From: an uncultured Holophagales bacterium
GTDB taxonomy: Bacteria > Acidobacteriota > Thermoanaerobaculia > Multivoradales > UBA5704
Length of the DNA: 64,000 nt
Direction: 5' to 3'
NCBI GenBank assembly: GCA_963842525.1
Contig: CAWJGT010000003.1
Location: 1,216,001 to 1,280,000 of the forward strand
The stretch's first letter is position 1, and each line of letters starts with the position of its first letter. Positions 38,770 through 50,579 of this stretch are shown piece after piece. The notes beneath the pieces are model-generated. The model was not told the DNA's origin. It did no database searches and was given only the letters and a program-made list of their open reading frames with translations. A program made the translations under genes and the position numbers.

Positions 38770-39069
38770 CTATTTCCGGACCTGGTCCTTCAGCTTTTCG
38801 ATCGACGAGTCGTAGGAACGGTTGGCCCACAGCACATAGACCGCGGTCAGCGCCCAGGAGAGGACGATCACCCCGGCGCCGAGAGGGATGCCGAGCGTCG
38901 TGTGCTCGCCGATCTTGCGGGCGAGGAATTCCTTGTCAACCGCGATGAGCAGGATATAGCCGTAGTACAGCGCGAACAGGCAGGCCGTCAGCACCACCGA
39001 GACGATCCACTTCCTGCGGACGAGGCCTCTGAATTCCTTCGACTCCAGCATCTCGCGGACGCTCTGCAT
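38770..39069 (-). CDS. DUF485 membrane protein (YjcH-like)
   Basis: Two TM helices, YVLWAN motif, upstream of actP. Confidence 0.88.
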   Translation of the reverse strand: MQSVREMLESKEFRGLVRRKWIVSVVLTACLFALYYGYILLIAVDKEFLARKIGEHTTLGIPLGAGVIVLSWALTAVYVLWANRSYDSSIEKLKDQVRK

Positions 39070-39214
39070 CTCTGTCTCCTCATCAAGCTTTGCGCGGCTC
39101 CAGGGGGAACCCCGCGTCCTGCAAAGCCTGCCAGCCGCCGGTCAGCGCAACCGCCCGCGGCCACCCTGACTTCCTGAGCTCGAGCGCAACCCGTGCGCTC
39201 GTCGCCTCTTCCTT

Positions 39215-40675
39215 TCAGGCACAGAAGGCGACCAGCCAGGCCTCCCTGGGGAGCTGGAGCCTCGCCGCCTCCTGGACCGGACGCTCGGGGTCCACGCGGA
39301 CCGCTCCCTGGGCGGTGTGGTTGCTGTCCGCCAACGCGCGTTCGGTCCGCACGTCCAGGATGACGACCGGCTCGCCGGCCTCCTGGAGGCGGAGCATCTC
39401 GGCGACGCCGATCTTTTCCGGGACGTGGTGTTCTCCGGCCGCTCCGGCCGGAGCTGAGGTCGCGGAGGTCGGCTCCACCATGTCCTCTCTCCGGCACTTG
39501 GGGAGGAACATCACCGAGCCCCCGTGCAGCAGCACCGAGAGCAGGACGACCAGGCTGCATACCGCGAACAGCCGCTCGCTGCCCGGCATGCCGGCGAAGA
39601 CCGTCAAGAGCACCAGCAGCAGCGAGCTGAGGCCGCGCGGGCCGAACCAGGAGATGAGCAGCAGGCTGCGCCGGTCCAGGCGCGCCGGCCAGAGCGATAC
39701 CATGAACACGATCGGCCGTACGAGCAGCGCGACGAGTGCGAACAGCAGCTCGGGAACCCCGGCGACCCCGAAGCCTGTCCAGATGAGCGAGCTGCCGAGC
39801 AGCACGAAGGTGAACAGGAGAGTCAGCTCCGCCGTGGTCTCGCCGTATTCCCGGAAGCAATCGCAGAGCTCCATGTCGAGCACCGAGATTGTGAGGCCCG
39901 CGGCGAACGCGGCGAGGAAGCCGCTGCTGTGAAAGGACTCGGCGGCGGCGAAGGCCGCGAAGGCCAGTCCCAGCGAGTAGAGCGATTCGTAGTCGCGGCG
40001 CACCCCGATGCGGCGCCGCACGAGGTCGAGCGTCGCCACCCCCAGGAACCCGATCGCGACTCCGGCCCCAGGCCCGAGCAGGAACAGCTCCAGGCCCATC
40101 TGGGACCAGGCCGCCGGGCCGTCCAGTGGGCGCATCCCCCGGAGCGCCATGGCCACGATCACGATCGGCAGCAGGACCGCGTCGTTGAGGCCGCTCTCCA
40201 ATCGCAGCGCCAGCCGGGCGGGACCCGGCAGGTCGGGCCGGCGCAGCAGGCCGCGCAGCAGCACAGGGTCGGTCGAGGCCAGCGCGGCGCCGAGCACGGC
40301 CGCCTCCGGCCAGGACAGATCGAGAAGCAGGCGCGCCGCTATGGTGACCAGCACCGCCGAGAGCAGAGTTCCCGGCCCCATCACGAGCAGGGTCAGCCGG
40401 AGATGGCGGCGGATCTCGGCCAGGTTGAGCCCGAGCGCGTCGGTGAACAGCACCAGGGTGAGGCTGAGGGTCGACACCGCCCGCAGGACCGGCGAATCCA
40501 ATTGGGGATCGATCAGGCCCAACCCATAGGGCCCGATGACGGCGCCGAGCGCGAGCAGCACCCCTACCTGGGGCACGCCGCTGCGCTCGATCAGACCCGA
40601 GAGCAGGGCGGCGACCGCGATGACGGCCCCTACGAGAGCGAGTGTGGATAGGAAGAGGTCGGCTGTCAGGGGCAT
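39215..40675 (-). CDS. Cation:proton antiporter (CPA1) with C-terminal rhodanese-like domain
   Basis: ASTDPV, ESGLND, WFGPRG; C-terminal VILDVR...LVAFCA. Confidence 0.88.
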   Translation of the reverse strand: MPLTADLFLSTLALVGAVIAVAALLSGLIERSGVPQVGVLLALGAVIGPYGLGLIDPQLDSPVLRAVSTLSLTLVLFTDALGLNLAEIRRHLRLTLLVMGPGTLLSAVLVTIAARLLLDLSWPEAAVLGAALASTDPVLLRGLLRRPDLPGPARLALRLESGLNDAVLLPIVIVAMALRGMRPLDGPAAWSQMGLELFLLGPGAGVAIGFLGVATLDLVRRRIGVRRDYESLYSLGLAFAAFAAAESFHSSGFLAAFAAGLTISVLDMELCDCFREYGETTAELTLLFTFVLLGSSLIWTGFGVAGVPELLFALVALLVRPIVFMVSLWPARLDRRSLLLISWFGPRGLSSLLLVLLTVFAGMPGSERLFAVCSLVVLLSVLLHGGSVMFLPKCRREDMVEPTSATSAPAGAAGEHHVPEKIGVAEMLRLQEAGEPVVILDVRTERALADSNHTAQGAVRVDPERPVQEAARLQLPREAWLVAFCA

Positions 40676-40835
40676 GTTCGAGCTCGGATCATTCTCTCTC
40701 CACGAAAATCCGCGGGAGGGCCAAGCCTAGCCCGGGAGCGGGAGCCCCGGCAAGCCGGCTTCAGAGCAGCTCACGGATATCAACACGACGTTCTCTGGAT
40801 ATCAACCTGGCCGCATCCATGATATCCTCGACACC

Positions 40836-41051
40836 ATGAGCATTCGGAAGACCAGCGTCGAAATCAATGAGCAGCTCCTGACAGCCGTCCAGCGGATCCT
40901 CTCAACGACGACCATCAAGGACACCATCGAGGAAGCCTTCCGCGAAGTGCTGCGGGCCGAGGCGCGGCGTGAGGAGATCGAGGCTCTGTCTACGATGCGC
41001 GGCATGGACCTGGCTGATCCGGACGTCATGTCCGGCGCGTGGCGCTCGTGA
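40836..41051 (+). CDS. VapB-like antitoxin
   Basis: RKTSVEINEQLL RHH-like start; GTGA overlap with vapC. Confidence 0.8.
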   Translation: MSIRKTSVEINEQLLTAVQRILSTTTIKDTIEEAFREVLRAEARREEIEALSTMRGMDLADPDVMSGAWRS

Positions 41052-41347
41052 AGGCGCGCTACCTCATCGACAAGAGCGCTCTGGCGCGGATGCCACTCGA
41101 ACCGGTTCGTAGTCGGCTCGCGCCGATCCTCGAGGAGGGAGGGGCCGCAACTTGCGCCATCATCGACTTGGAGGTGCTGTACAGCGCTCGCAACCGGGAG
41201 GACTACGACCGGATACGCCAGCGCCGGGCTCTCGCATACCACTCCGTCCCGATCACCGAGAAGATCCTTCAGCGGGCCCTCTCCATCCAAGCCGAGCTTG
41301 CCCGAACAGGCCGCCACCGCGTCCCTGCGGCATGGACCAGGAATTGA
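41048..41347 (+). pseudogene. Truncated VapC PIN toxin
   Basis: YLIDKSAL and DLEVLYSAR present, but it ends after GRHRVP without the C-terminal acidic PIN residues. Confidence 0.7.
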
Positions 41348-41556
41348 TCGCTTATTTTGATGAGCGCTTCCGCGAGATGCGCGATGAGACTGCCCGCCAG
41401 TTCGAGCAGATGGGGAGCAGGCTCGACCGGGTCGAGGAAGAAGTCCGCCACACCCAAGTCATGGTCGAAGGGCTGCGGAGCGACAATCGCCAGCTTGCCG
41501 AAGGGATCATCGGCTTCGGGCAGCGTATGGAAGATCTCCGGGGCGAAGAGCAATAA
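41332..41556 (+). CDS. Small coiled-coil hypothetical protein (MDQELIAYFDERF...)
   Basis: 74-aa ORF, helical composition. Confidence 0.5.
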   Translation: MDQELIAYFDERFREMRDETARQFEQMGSRLDRVEEEVRHTQVMVEGLRSDNRQLAEGIIGFGQRMEDLRGEEQ

Positions 41557-41626
41557 AGGTTTCTGGTTACAGCCGGCTTCCGGGCCTCTGCAGGCGAGGG
41601 GCGCCTTGGGATAGACTTTTCGGACT

Positions 41627-42694
41627 ATGCCACGCCTCCGTTCCCTTCGCGCCGTCCTGGCTCTCGCGGCAGCGCTGTTCCTGGCGGCCGCCTGCCGCTC
41701 CGGATCTCCGCCCGCTGCGACCTCCAGCACACCGGCGAGCCCGGCCGCCCAGGCCGCCTCATCCCCCTCCGCGCCGGTCGAGATGCCGGCTCAGTACGAC
41801 GAGGACCGATGGTACGTGGCCCCGGTCACGGCCCAGGGCGAGACGCTGCTCTTCTACACCGACTCGGGCGGTGGGATGAACATGCTGCTTGCGCCGGTGG
41901 CGGACCGCCTGGGCCTGCCGCGGGAGACGGTCGAGCCTCGAGGGGCAGAAGGGGGATTTCGTCGCCTGGCCCGAGCTGAGACCGGAGGCCTCGATCCCTC
42001 TGCCTTCGCCCGACGCACCTGCGGGTGGCCGGCTGGTCGTGGTCCCGTACGAGGGGAGCTCCGGCAGATGTTCCAGGCGACCGAATCCGGGCAGCCCCGC
42101 GAAGCCGGGTTCCTGGGCCGCTGGTGGTTCGCGGACCGTGTCTGGACCTTCGACTACCCAGGGCACCGCCTCCTGCTCCGTGCCGCGGGCGACGTGCCGT
42201 CGCAGGCGCCCGAGCACCGTGTCGCGCTCGGCTTCCAGACCGGCCCGGACGGCCGGCGCACCACCCACTTCCCGCGCATCCCGGTCCGCATCGACGGCGA
42301 GACCCTCGACCTCCTCTTCGACACCGGGGCGACCACCATCCTCACCGCGGAGGCCCTCGCGACGATCGGTGACGGCCGTCCGGCTGCCCGCGGAGCGAGC
42401 TTCATCGCCGCCTCCGTCTTCGAGCGTTGGCACCAGCGGCATCCCGACTGGCGGGTGATCGAGAAGGCCGAGCAGGGATCGGGCGAGGCCCTGATCGAGG
42501 TCCCCTCCGTCGAGATCGGCGGCTACACCGTCGGCCCGGTCTGGTTCACCCGCCGGAAGGACTCCAACTTCCACCAGTGGATGTCCCAGTGGATGGACCG
42601 CCGGATCGAAGGTGCCCTGGGAGGCTCGGCGCTCCGCTATCTGCGGGTGACGGTCGACTACCCGAACGCCGTGGCCGTCTTCGAAAAGCCCTGA
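41627..42694 (+). CDS. Lipoprotein with two retropepsin-like aspartyl protease motifs (probable compensating frameshifts 41940-42050)
   Basis: Lipobox-like LAAAC, FYTDSGGG, LLFDTGAT, GALGG. Confidence 0.7.
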   Translation: MPRLRSLRAVLALAAALFLAAACRSGSPPAATSSTPASPAAQAASSPSAPVEMPAQYDEDRWYVAPVTAQGETLLFYTDSGGGMNMLLAPVADRLGLPRETVEPRGAEGGFRRLARAETGGLDPSAFARRTCGWPAGRGPVRGELRQMFQATESGQPREAGFLGRWWFADRVWTFDYPGHRLLLRAAGDVPSQAPEHRVALGFQTGPDGRRTTHFPRIPVRIDGETLDLLFDTGATTILTAEALATIGDGRPAARGASFIAASVFERWHQRHPDWRVIEKAEQGSGEALIEVPSVEIGGYTVGPVWFTRRKDSNFHQWMSQWMDRRIEGALGGSALRYLRVTVDYPNAVAVFEKP

Positions 42695-42774
42695 GCAGCA
42701 AATCTGTCCGTGCGTCCGTCCAAAAGAGGGAGCCGTCCTCATGGCCGGCCGGAATGTCCCCGAAGGGAATAGAG

Positions 42775-45700
42775 ATGCCGACATTTGCCGATGCGGTGCA
42801 GAAAGCCGACGAGACCGGGGCACCGGCCGTCGAAGGGTTCGCCATTCAGCTCAAGGCCGGCGCGGATGCGGAGGCCTTGACGGCCTGGCTCGAGGCCCGG
42901 CTTCCGGGAACCGGGTGGACGGCCGGGGAGATGCCGGACGGATGGTGGGTGTATCGTGCCGCCGCCGCAGCGCCCCTGCCGCCGCTCGGCGCGGGAGGCC
43001 GTCCGCGAGCTCAAGAAGATCCAGGACGTTCAGAACGCCGAGCCGCTGCTCGTCACCCGCCTGCCGGTGACGAACGGCACCGAGGCTCAGAAGGCCTTCC
43101 AGCTCTGGGGCAGGGTGAACGAAGAGCGCCTGGCCCAGATCAAGGCGGCGAGCAGCGAGCAGCGCCGGCACTGGTCGCTGGAGCAGATGCGCGTCACCGA
43201 CGTGAACGGCGAGGAGGGCGCCTGGACGATTTGGAAGAAGAAGCACGGAAACAAGCCGCCGGGCGAAGGGATCCTGGTAGCCCATCCGGACACCGGGTAC
43301 ACGCGGCATGCGCGCCTCCTCCCGCACCTGCAGCCGCATCCGGACAACCCCGCGCTGTTCGGCAAGAACTTCGTCGAGCGGACGGCGTCCGACGGCTTCG
43401 ATCCCATGCGGGACCGGTCGATCGGCAGCAACCCCGGTCACGGCACGAGCACGGCCAGCGTGATTGCCGCCGATCGCGGACCGGCCGGCCAGCCCTGGGG
43501 AGTGGCGCCCGGCGCGAAGATCCTCCCGCTGCGGGTGTCGTCCTCCGTCATCCACCTGAGCTTCGTGAATGTCGGCGATGCCTTCAACGAGGCGATGCGC
43601 CGTGGCGCGCACGTCCTCTCGATGTCGCTCGGCGGGCCGCTCGGCTCCGAGCTGCTGAGCACCCTGGTCCGCCGCGCGCTCGACCAGGGCATCATCATCG
43701 TCTCCGCGGCGGGCAACAACGCCCCGACGGTGGTTTTCCCGGCCCTCCTCCCCGGTGTTATCGCCTGCGCTGCCAGTAATGCGCTGAGCGCGCCGTGGCG
43801 TTTCTCCGGCCTGGGCGCCGAGGTGGCGATCACCGCGCCGGGCGAGTTGGTCTGGCACGACTGGGCGCGGACCGGCGCAAACGGGCAGCCGGTCGACGAT
43901 CAGGAGAGTGGCAGCGGCACGTCGTACGCGACGGCCAATGTCGCCGGCCTCGCCGCGCTGTGGCTGTCCTATCACGGCCGAAAGAATCTGATCGATAAAC
44001 CTTGCGGCGGCAGGGCAGAGCTGTTGCCGTTCTTGTTCCGCTACTGCCTGCAGAAGTCGGCCGACGGGAAGCCCAAGTTCATCCGCGGCGGCAGCGGTGG
44101 CTTCGGTACAGGGATCGCCCGGGCGGACAAGCTGCTGACGCAGGCTTTCCCCAAAGTCGCGGACCTGGCGAAGATGCGCGAAAAAATTCTCGCTGGTAAG
44201 CCGGACGGCATCGTCAGCTTCCCGGTGAGCTCCTGGTGGATCATCGCGACCCTGCCGACGCTGGCCGCAGGAGAGCCGCGGCTTCCGACGGCCGCCGAGA
44301 ATACGGAGCGCCGAGAAACGCCTCCTGGCGTTCCTGGGCCAGATCGCCGGGCCGGACTGCGACGCCGTGGACCGCGCCGAGATCGGAGCCCTGGCCGCGG
44401 CGGACATGCTCCTCTCCAATGCCTTGTCGAAGGCTGCGCAGGGCGGTCGCGGCACCGTCTCCGCCTCCGCTGTGCGGCGCTATCTCCTGAGCCAGGAAAC
44501 TACCGCTCTCGGACGGCCTGCGTCAGAAGCTGATCGAGGCGCGGAAGGCCGATCAGGAGGAATGGCGGAAGGAACACCCGGAGGTGTACAACGAAAAACC
44601 CTACGATCTGCCCTCCGCGGAGGACGAAGAGAAGAAGGCGGCCTATTCGATCTCCTCGCCGCCGACGCGCCGGCTCCGGGCCTTCGCCTTTGATCCGAGC
44701 CTCGCCACCAGCAGTGCCGCTGCCGCGGTCAACGAGGTCGCCATTCCGGTCGTCTTCGAGCGCAAGCTGGAGCCGGGGCCGGTCGGCGACTACCTCGAGG
44801 TCGTGGACGTGGACCCTGCCTCGGACTGCGCCTACGCCCCGGTGGACCTCAACCATCCGTTCCTGCTGGCTCAGGACGGCCTGCCGCGCTCCGAAGGCAA
44901 CCCCCAGTTCCACCAGCAGATGGTCTACGCCGTTGCGATGAAGACGATCGGCCATTTCGAGGAAGCCCTGGGCCGCCCGATCTTCTGGTCGCCGCTGCGG
45001 CCGTGGGACTGGCGCAGCGGCGACGAGGACCGCGCCGACGAGCTGTTCAAGATGGACGAGAAAACCGGGCAGCCCGTGCCGGACGATTCCGATCAGTTCG
45101 TCCGCCGCCTGCGCCTCTATCCTCATGCCTTGCGGGAACAGAACGCCTATTACTCGCCGCAGAAGCGGGCCATCCTCTTCGGCTATTTCCCGGCGGGCGA
45201 CAGCGATCCTGGCGCGGAGTTTCCCGGCGGCGTGGTCTTCACGTGCCTGGCGCACGACATCATCGCGCACGAGACGACCCATGCCGTCCTCGACGGGATG
45301 CACGCCCACTTCATCGAGTCGACCAATCCGGACGTGTTTGCCTTCCACGAAGCATTCGCCGACATCGTGGCCCTCTTCCAGCGGTTCGCCTATCCCGAGC
45401 TGCTGCGCGATCAGATCGCCCGGGTCCGCGGACGCCTGGACTCCGGGACCCTGATGACGCAGCCTCGCCCTGCAGTTCGGTGGTGCCACCGGGCGGCACC
45501 AGGCGTTGCGCGATGCCCTGGGGCACGTCGTGGACCAGGCCCGCCGGAAAGGTGAGCTGGACTGGCGCGACCGCCGCGAGGAGCACGAGATGGACGGCGG
45601 CGGTGAGCCGCAGGCCACTCTGGCCGACGCCGCGCGCGATCTGAGCGATGAGGAGACGCGCCGTCTGTGGAAACGATACCGCGCCGATCCGTGGCTGCTG

Positions 45701-46888
45701 GCCAAGGTCGAAGAGCCGCACGACCGGGGCTCCATCCTCGTCGCCGCCGTCTTCGACGCCTACCTGAGCATCTATGAGAACCGCGTCATTGACCTGAAGC
45801 GCATCGCCACCGGAGGGACGGGCGTTTTGCCCGACGGCGATCTGCATCCCGATCTCGTCAACCGCATGGCGAACGAGGCGTCCAAGTCGGCCCATCACGT
45901 CCTCCGGATGTGCCTCCGGGCGATGGATTATGTGCCGCCCATGGACATCACCTTCGGCGAGTTCCTCCGCGCGCTGATCACGGCGGATGCCGACCTCGTG
46001 CCGGACGACGACCGCCGCTACCGCGTCGCTTTCATCGAAGCCTTCCGCAAGTGGGGGATCTATCCTCGCGACGTGCGCACCCTTTCGGAAGAGTCCTTGC
46101 GCTGGTCGCCGCCCGACCCGAGGAAAAAGACCTGCCTCCTGCCGGCCGATCTCGCGAAGGTCCCACCAGAGGTTGTGGAGGGCCTCGGCAAGGTGCGCCA
46201 GGCTCTGGCCTCGATGGCAGCCCGGCAAGGCCCGCGAAAAGGTTTTCGCGCAGCTCAAGACGGCCCAGAAGGCGCTCTGGCAATATTTCCGGAGCGATAT
46301 GCTCGATAAGCTCGACCCGGACCTCAAACGGAAGCTTCTCGGCGGGATCGACACGCGGCGAAGCTTCCAACTGACCAACCTGCGTCCGGCCCGCCGGATC
46401 GGCCCCAAGGGGGAATTCCTGACCGAAATGGTCGTCGAGATCCTCCAGAACAAAAACGCGCTACCACTCGACCCGAAAGAAAAAGCCGAGGAGAAGAAGC
46501 GGCGGGAGAAGGAAAGGCTGGCGCGCCGGGAGCGCGGCGAGGCGGAAGAGACCGGACCGTTTCCCCTTCCGCGGCGGCGTCACGCTGATCGTCAGCCTGG
46601 ACGACTACAGCGTGCGCTATGCGATCTACAAGCGGATCGACAGCGTCTCCCGTGAAGACCGGCAGCGCGCGTTCCGCGCCGCGGGAGGGCGGCGGCGAGG
46701 CCGCCGAGTATTCCTCCGACGGCCTGGCCGCCGGCTGGTTCAAACCAGGATGACGCGCAGGACGCCTGGCGCAAAGATCGCACGAGCGACTGCGAGGCCA
46801 TGCGGGCGTCCTCCTGCTTCTGCCGCCGCACAAAGAAGCTCAAGAAGGCGACAAGAAAGAACCCTTCGCCCTGTTGCACCGGAGCTGA
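42775..46888 (+). CDS. S8 peptidase fused to an M4-like gluzincin metallopeptidase (multiple frameshifts)
   Basis: S8: HPDTG, HGTSTASV, SAAGN, GTSYA. Gluzincin: FHQQMVYAV, NAYY, HETTH...HEAFAD. Ends EPFALLHRS*. Fusion inferred across frameshifts at ~42990, 44320, 44510, 45465, 46210, 46565 and later. Confidence 0.7.
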
Positions 46889-46908
46889 GGCTCGAAAGGA
46901 CGCTCGAT

Positions 46909-48533
46909 ATGGCTGGCACCACGAACGGCAGGCTCCTTCCCCAAGCGAGGGAGAAATCAAGATGCGCCTCTACGGGCAGGGCCTCGGCGACTGCTTCCTG
47001 CTCGCCTTCCCGCGCAAGGGCGATACGAACAACGAAAACCCCTGCTATCTGGTGATCGACTGCGGGGTCGCGATGAGCACGCCCGAGAAGGACGTTCGCA
47101 TCAAGAAGGTCGTCGAGGACATCGACGCCGCCACCGGCGGTCATATCGACGTCCTGGCCATCACCCACCAGCATTTCGATCACATCAGCGGCTTTCAGGA
47201 CGCCTGGCAGGAATGGAAGAAGATCACGGTAGATGCCCTCTATCTGCCCTGGACGGAGAGCACGGCGCCGACGGGAGAGCACAAGACCACCAAATCCTTC
47301 CGCGAGGTCCTCGAAGAGGCATCGCGAAAAAGGCGCTGGAGAAGGCGGCGAAGGAGGACCTCGAGACGCATCCGGGTTTCAAGGCCCAGGCGGACTTCCT
47401 CGGCGTATCCCTCGGCGTCGGCGGGAGCGGCACGGTCAAGCGCCCGCCCAACATGGACGCCACGATGGATTTCATCCGCGACCTCTGCCCTACCGAAAAC
47501 ATCCGCTATTTCGAGCCCGGCGACGTCTTCCACCTGCCCAGGACGGACAGTCACGGCTATGTCCTCGGCCCTCCGCTGCCGAGCCAGACGGATGAGAAAG
47601 GGAAGGAAGTACATCGAGCTCCTGGCGGACGAAAAGGAGATGTATTCCTACGGGCCTCTCGGCCTGAAAGTGGACAAGGGCAAGCCCGGCGGCAACAACT
47701 CCTTCGCCATGAGCGACGACCGCAGCATGCCTGCGCTCGCTTCTGCGCTGCTCGCCGCCGGCACGCTCGACCGCGACGGCGACGAAGGCTTCAGCCCCTT
47801 CGCCCCGGACATCCGCCTCGACTGGGACAGCGCCATGGCGTCCCCCTTCTTCGAGGAGCACTATGGAGAATCCTCGCCGCGAGGCGAAGGCGGCTCCTGG
47901 CGGCGGGTGGACTCCGACTGGCTCGCCGGGCTGGCCAACCTGGCCCTGCGCGCGGGGGACTACACGAACAACGTGAGCCTCGTGCTGGCGTTCAACCTCC
48001 CGGGCTCCGACAAAATGATGCTGTTCCCCGGCGATGCACAGGTGGGCCACTGGCTCTCCTGGCACAAGATCGAAAAGTGGCACTACCGCGATGCCTCCAT
48101 CCCCGCGAAGCCGCCCGAGGCCAACGGCGAGCAGACCCTGATGCAGAACCTGCTGAGCCGGGTCGCCTTCTACAAGGTGGGGCACCACGGCAGCCACAAC
48201 GCCACGGTCTCGGACAAGGGACTGGAGGCGATGAATCACAAGGATCTGGTGGCGTTTGTCCCTGTCAGCGTCCCGGTGGCGCAGGACATGATGGGCTATT
48301 GCCCCATGCCGTTCTACCCGGTCCTCCGCGCCCTCCAGCGGAAAACGAACGGGCGCGTGTTCCTGCCCAACGGCAAGGCCCTCACGCCTCCGCTGCTCGA
48401 CGACCCGCAGCACGCGGCTCTGCTGGCTGCGTCCGGCATCCGCTGCGCCGCCGAAAAGCTGCCCGCCAAGAAGAAAGATGGCAAGGTCGTGGAAGGAGAG
48501 GTCCCTCTGTATCTCGAGGTGACCATCGCGTAG
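46909..48533 (+). CDS. MBL-fold metallo-hydrolase (ComEC/Rec2-like; frameshifts ~46945, 47325, 47600)
   Basis: GLGDCFLL, VIDCG, THQHFDHISG, NNVSLV, FPGDAQ, KVGHHGSHNAT. Confidence 0.85.
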
Positions 48534-48560
48534 GCAGGAAGGACATCGGATCGCAGTAGA

Positions 48561-49670
48561 ATGGTTGTCATGATCGACGATCCAGTCAACGTCTTCGATT
48601 TCGAAGCGATCGCCCGTGAGACGCTCTCCCGGGAGGCCTACGACTACTACGCGAGCGGCGCTCAGGACGAGGTCACGCTGCGCGAAAACCGCGCCGCCTA
48701 TGAGCGCCTCTCCCTGGCCTATCGGGTTCTCGTGGATGTCTCCCGCCGCGACCTGACGACGACGATCCTCGGCCAGCCGGTCGCGATGCCTGTCCTGGTC
48801 GCTCCCACGGCGTTCCACCGTCTCGCCACGGATCAAGGTGAGCTCGCCACCGCCCGTGCCGCCGGAGCGGCGGGGACGATCATGATCCTTTCCACCCTCT
48901 CCACAACGGCTGTCGAGGCGGTGGTGTCCGCCGCCTCCGGCCCGGTGTGGTTCCAGCTCTACGTCTACCGCGATCGCGAGGCCACGGAAGGGCTGGTGCG
49001 GCGGGCCGAGGCGGCCGGCTGCCGGGCGCTCGTGCTGACCGTGGACGCTCCTCTCCTCGGGCGACGGGAACGGGACGTCCGCAACCGCTTCCGCCTGCCG
49101 CCGGGCCTCGCGGTGGCCAACCTGCTGCCGGAGGGATACGGCGAGGTGCTGCCGGCCGCCGCTGATTCGGGCCTCGCCGCCTATGTCTCCTCCTTCCTGG
49201 ACCCGGCGCTGACGTGGCGGGACGTGGCATGGCTCCAGTCGATCACCGAGCTGCCGGTCCTGGTCAAAGGGATTGTCCGGCCCGACGACGCCTTGCGCGC
49301 CGCTGAGGCGGGCGCCGCCGGGATCGTGGTGTCGAACCACGGCGGGCGCCAGCTCGACACCGCGCCGGCCACCATCGACGTCCTGCCGGAGATCGCCGAT
49401 GCCCTGGCCGCCCACGGTCACTCGATCGAGGTGCTGGTGGACGGCGGCATACGGCGCGGCACGGATATCGTGAAGGCCCTCGCTCTCGGCGCACGAGCGG
49501 TCCTCGTCGGCCGGCCGGTCCTCTGGGGACTCGCCGCCGATGGAGAGGCCGGCGCGGCGCGAGTGCTGCGGCTCCTGCGCGACGAGCTCGACCTGGCCAT
49601 GGCCCTCGCCGGCACCCCCACGATCGCCGACATCACCCGGGACCTGGTGCGGAGGCCGGCGAGCGGGTGA
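48561..49670 (+). CDS. FMN-dependent alpha-hydroxy acid oxidase/dehydrogenase
   Basis: WFQLY, TVDAP, VSNHGGRQLD, DGGIRRGTD. Confidence 0.95.
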   Translation: MVVMIDDPVNVFDFEAIARETLSREAYDYYASGAQDEVTLRENRAAYERLSLAYRVLVDVSRRDLTTTILGQPVAMPVLVAPTAFHRLATDQGELATARAAGAAGTIMILSTLSTTAVEAVVSAASGPVWFQLYVYRDREATEGLVRRAEAAGCRALVLTVDAPLLGRRERDVRNRFRLPPGLAVANLLPEGYGEVLPAAADSGLAAYVSSFLDPALTWRDVAWLQSITELPVLVKGIVRPDDALRAAEAGAAGIVVSNHGGRQLDTAPATIDVLPEIADALAAHGHSIEVLVDGGIRRGTDIVKALALGARAVLVGRPVLWGLAADGEAGAARVLRLLRDELDLAMALAGTPTIADITRDLVRRPASG

Positions 49671-49673
49671 AGC

Positions 49674-50513
49674 TCAGGGCGGCGGTGGGGCGGCTACAAA
49701 GCAGTCCTGGAGGCGCCGCAGCAGCTCCAGGTTGTAGGTGAGCCGCTGGCCGTCCTCGTAACCGTTGCGCCCGGTGGAGCTGCGGCCGGAGCCGGAGTCG
49801 GGCTGGAAGGAGTTGTTGACCAGGGTGCCGCAGTCGTTGGGAAAGCTCCGGTTGCGCGCCCGCTCCACACCGGCCGCGAATCCCTGCAGGTAGTCGGCGT
49901 CGGAACGGATCCGGTCGGTGATGCGGGTGGCCTCGTCGATGGCCTGGTCCATACGGGCCTGGACGGCGGCGTTGAGCTGGGTCGCCTTCCAGGACTCATA
50001 GGCGGCGAGGGTCCGTTCGTAGTCTTTGGGGAAAGGCTCCCGTCGCCGCCGGTTCCAGGCCGGCGAGCGCTCGGCGGCGTTCCGGCTCTCGTAAAGCTCC
50101 AAGAGAGAGGCGAGCGTCTGGTCGACCGCCGCTTGCTGCGCACGGTCCGGAATCGGGAATTTGAGCTGGATCTTGCAGGACAGCGGGTCGTAGAGGGTGA
50201 AGGGACCATCGCGGCGCTCGGCGAGCACGTCCTCCGCGAAGTCGAGGAAGACGTCCACGCGGTTGCGCTTGGCGGCGATCCGCTCGACCCGGGCGAGCTC
50301 GCCGTCCGCGAAGCGCCGCCGCGCGGTGCTCTCTACCCGGGTGCCCCGGACCTCGTTGTCGTTGTAGAACTCATCGCAGCTCGAAGAGATGGGCGCGCGG
50401 ACCACCACCCATTCGCCACGCCAGCGGGCATTCAGGGAGTCCTCCAATCCGGCGCCAAAGACCACGGCCGGGAGGACCGTCAGCAGGACGAGGACGAAGC
50501 GGACGGAGCGCAT
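49674..50513 (-). CDS. Secreted hypothetical protein
   Basis: Signal peptide, 279-aa ORF. Confidence 0.7.
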   Translation of the reverse strand: MRSVRFVLVLLTVLPAVVFGAGLEDSLNARWRGEWVVVRAPISSSCDEFYNDNEVRGTRVESTARRRFADGELARVERIAAKRNRVDVFLDFAEDVLAERRDGPFTLYDPLSCKIQLKFPIPDRAQQAAVDQTLASLLELYESRNAAERSPAWNRRRREPFPKDYERTLAAYESWKATQLNAAVQARMDQAIDEATRITDRIRSDADYLQGFAAGVERARNRSFPNDCGTLVNNSFQPDSGSGRSSTGRNGYEDGQRLTYNLELLRRLQDCFVAAPPPP

Positions 50514-50579
50514 GGGGCGGAGCTTAGCGCAAAGGTCCGGCCCGGTGTGCTATACCGTCCCCCCGGAGGCACGACACGT

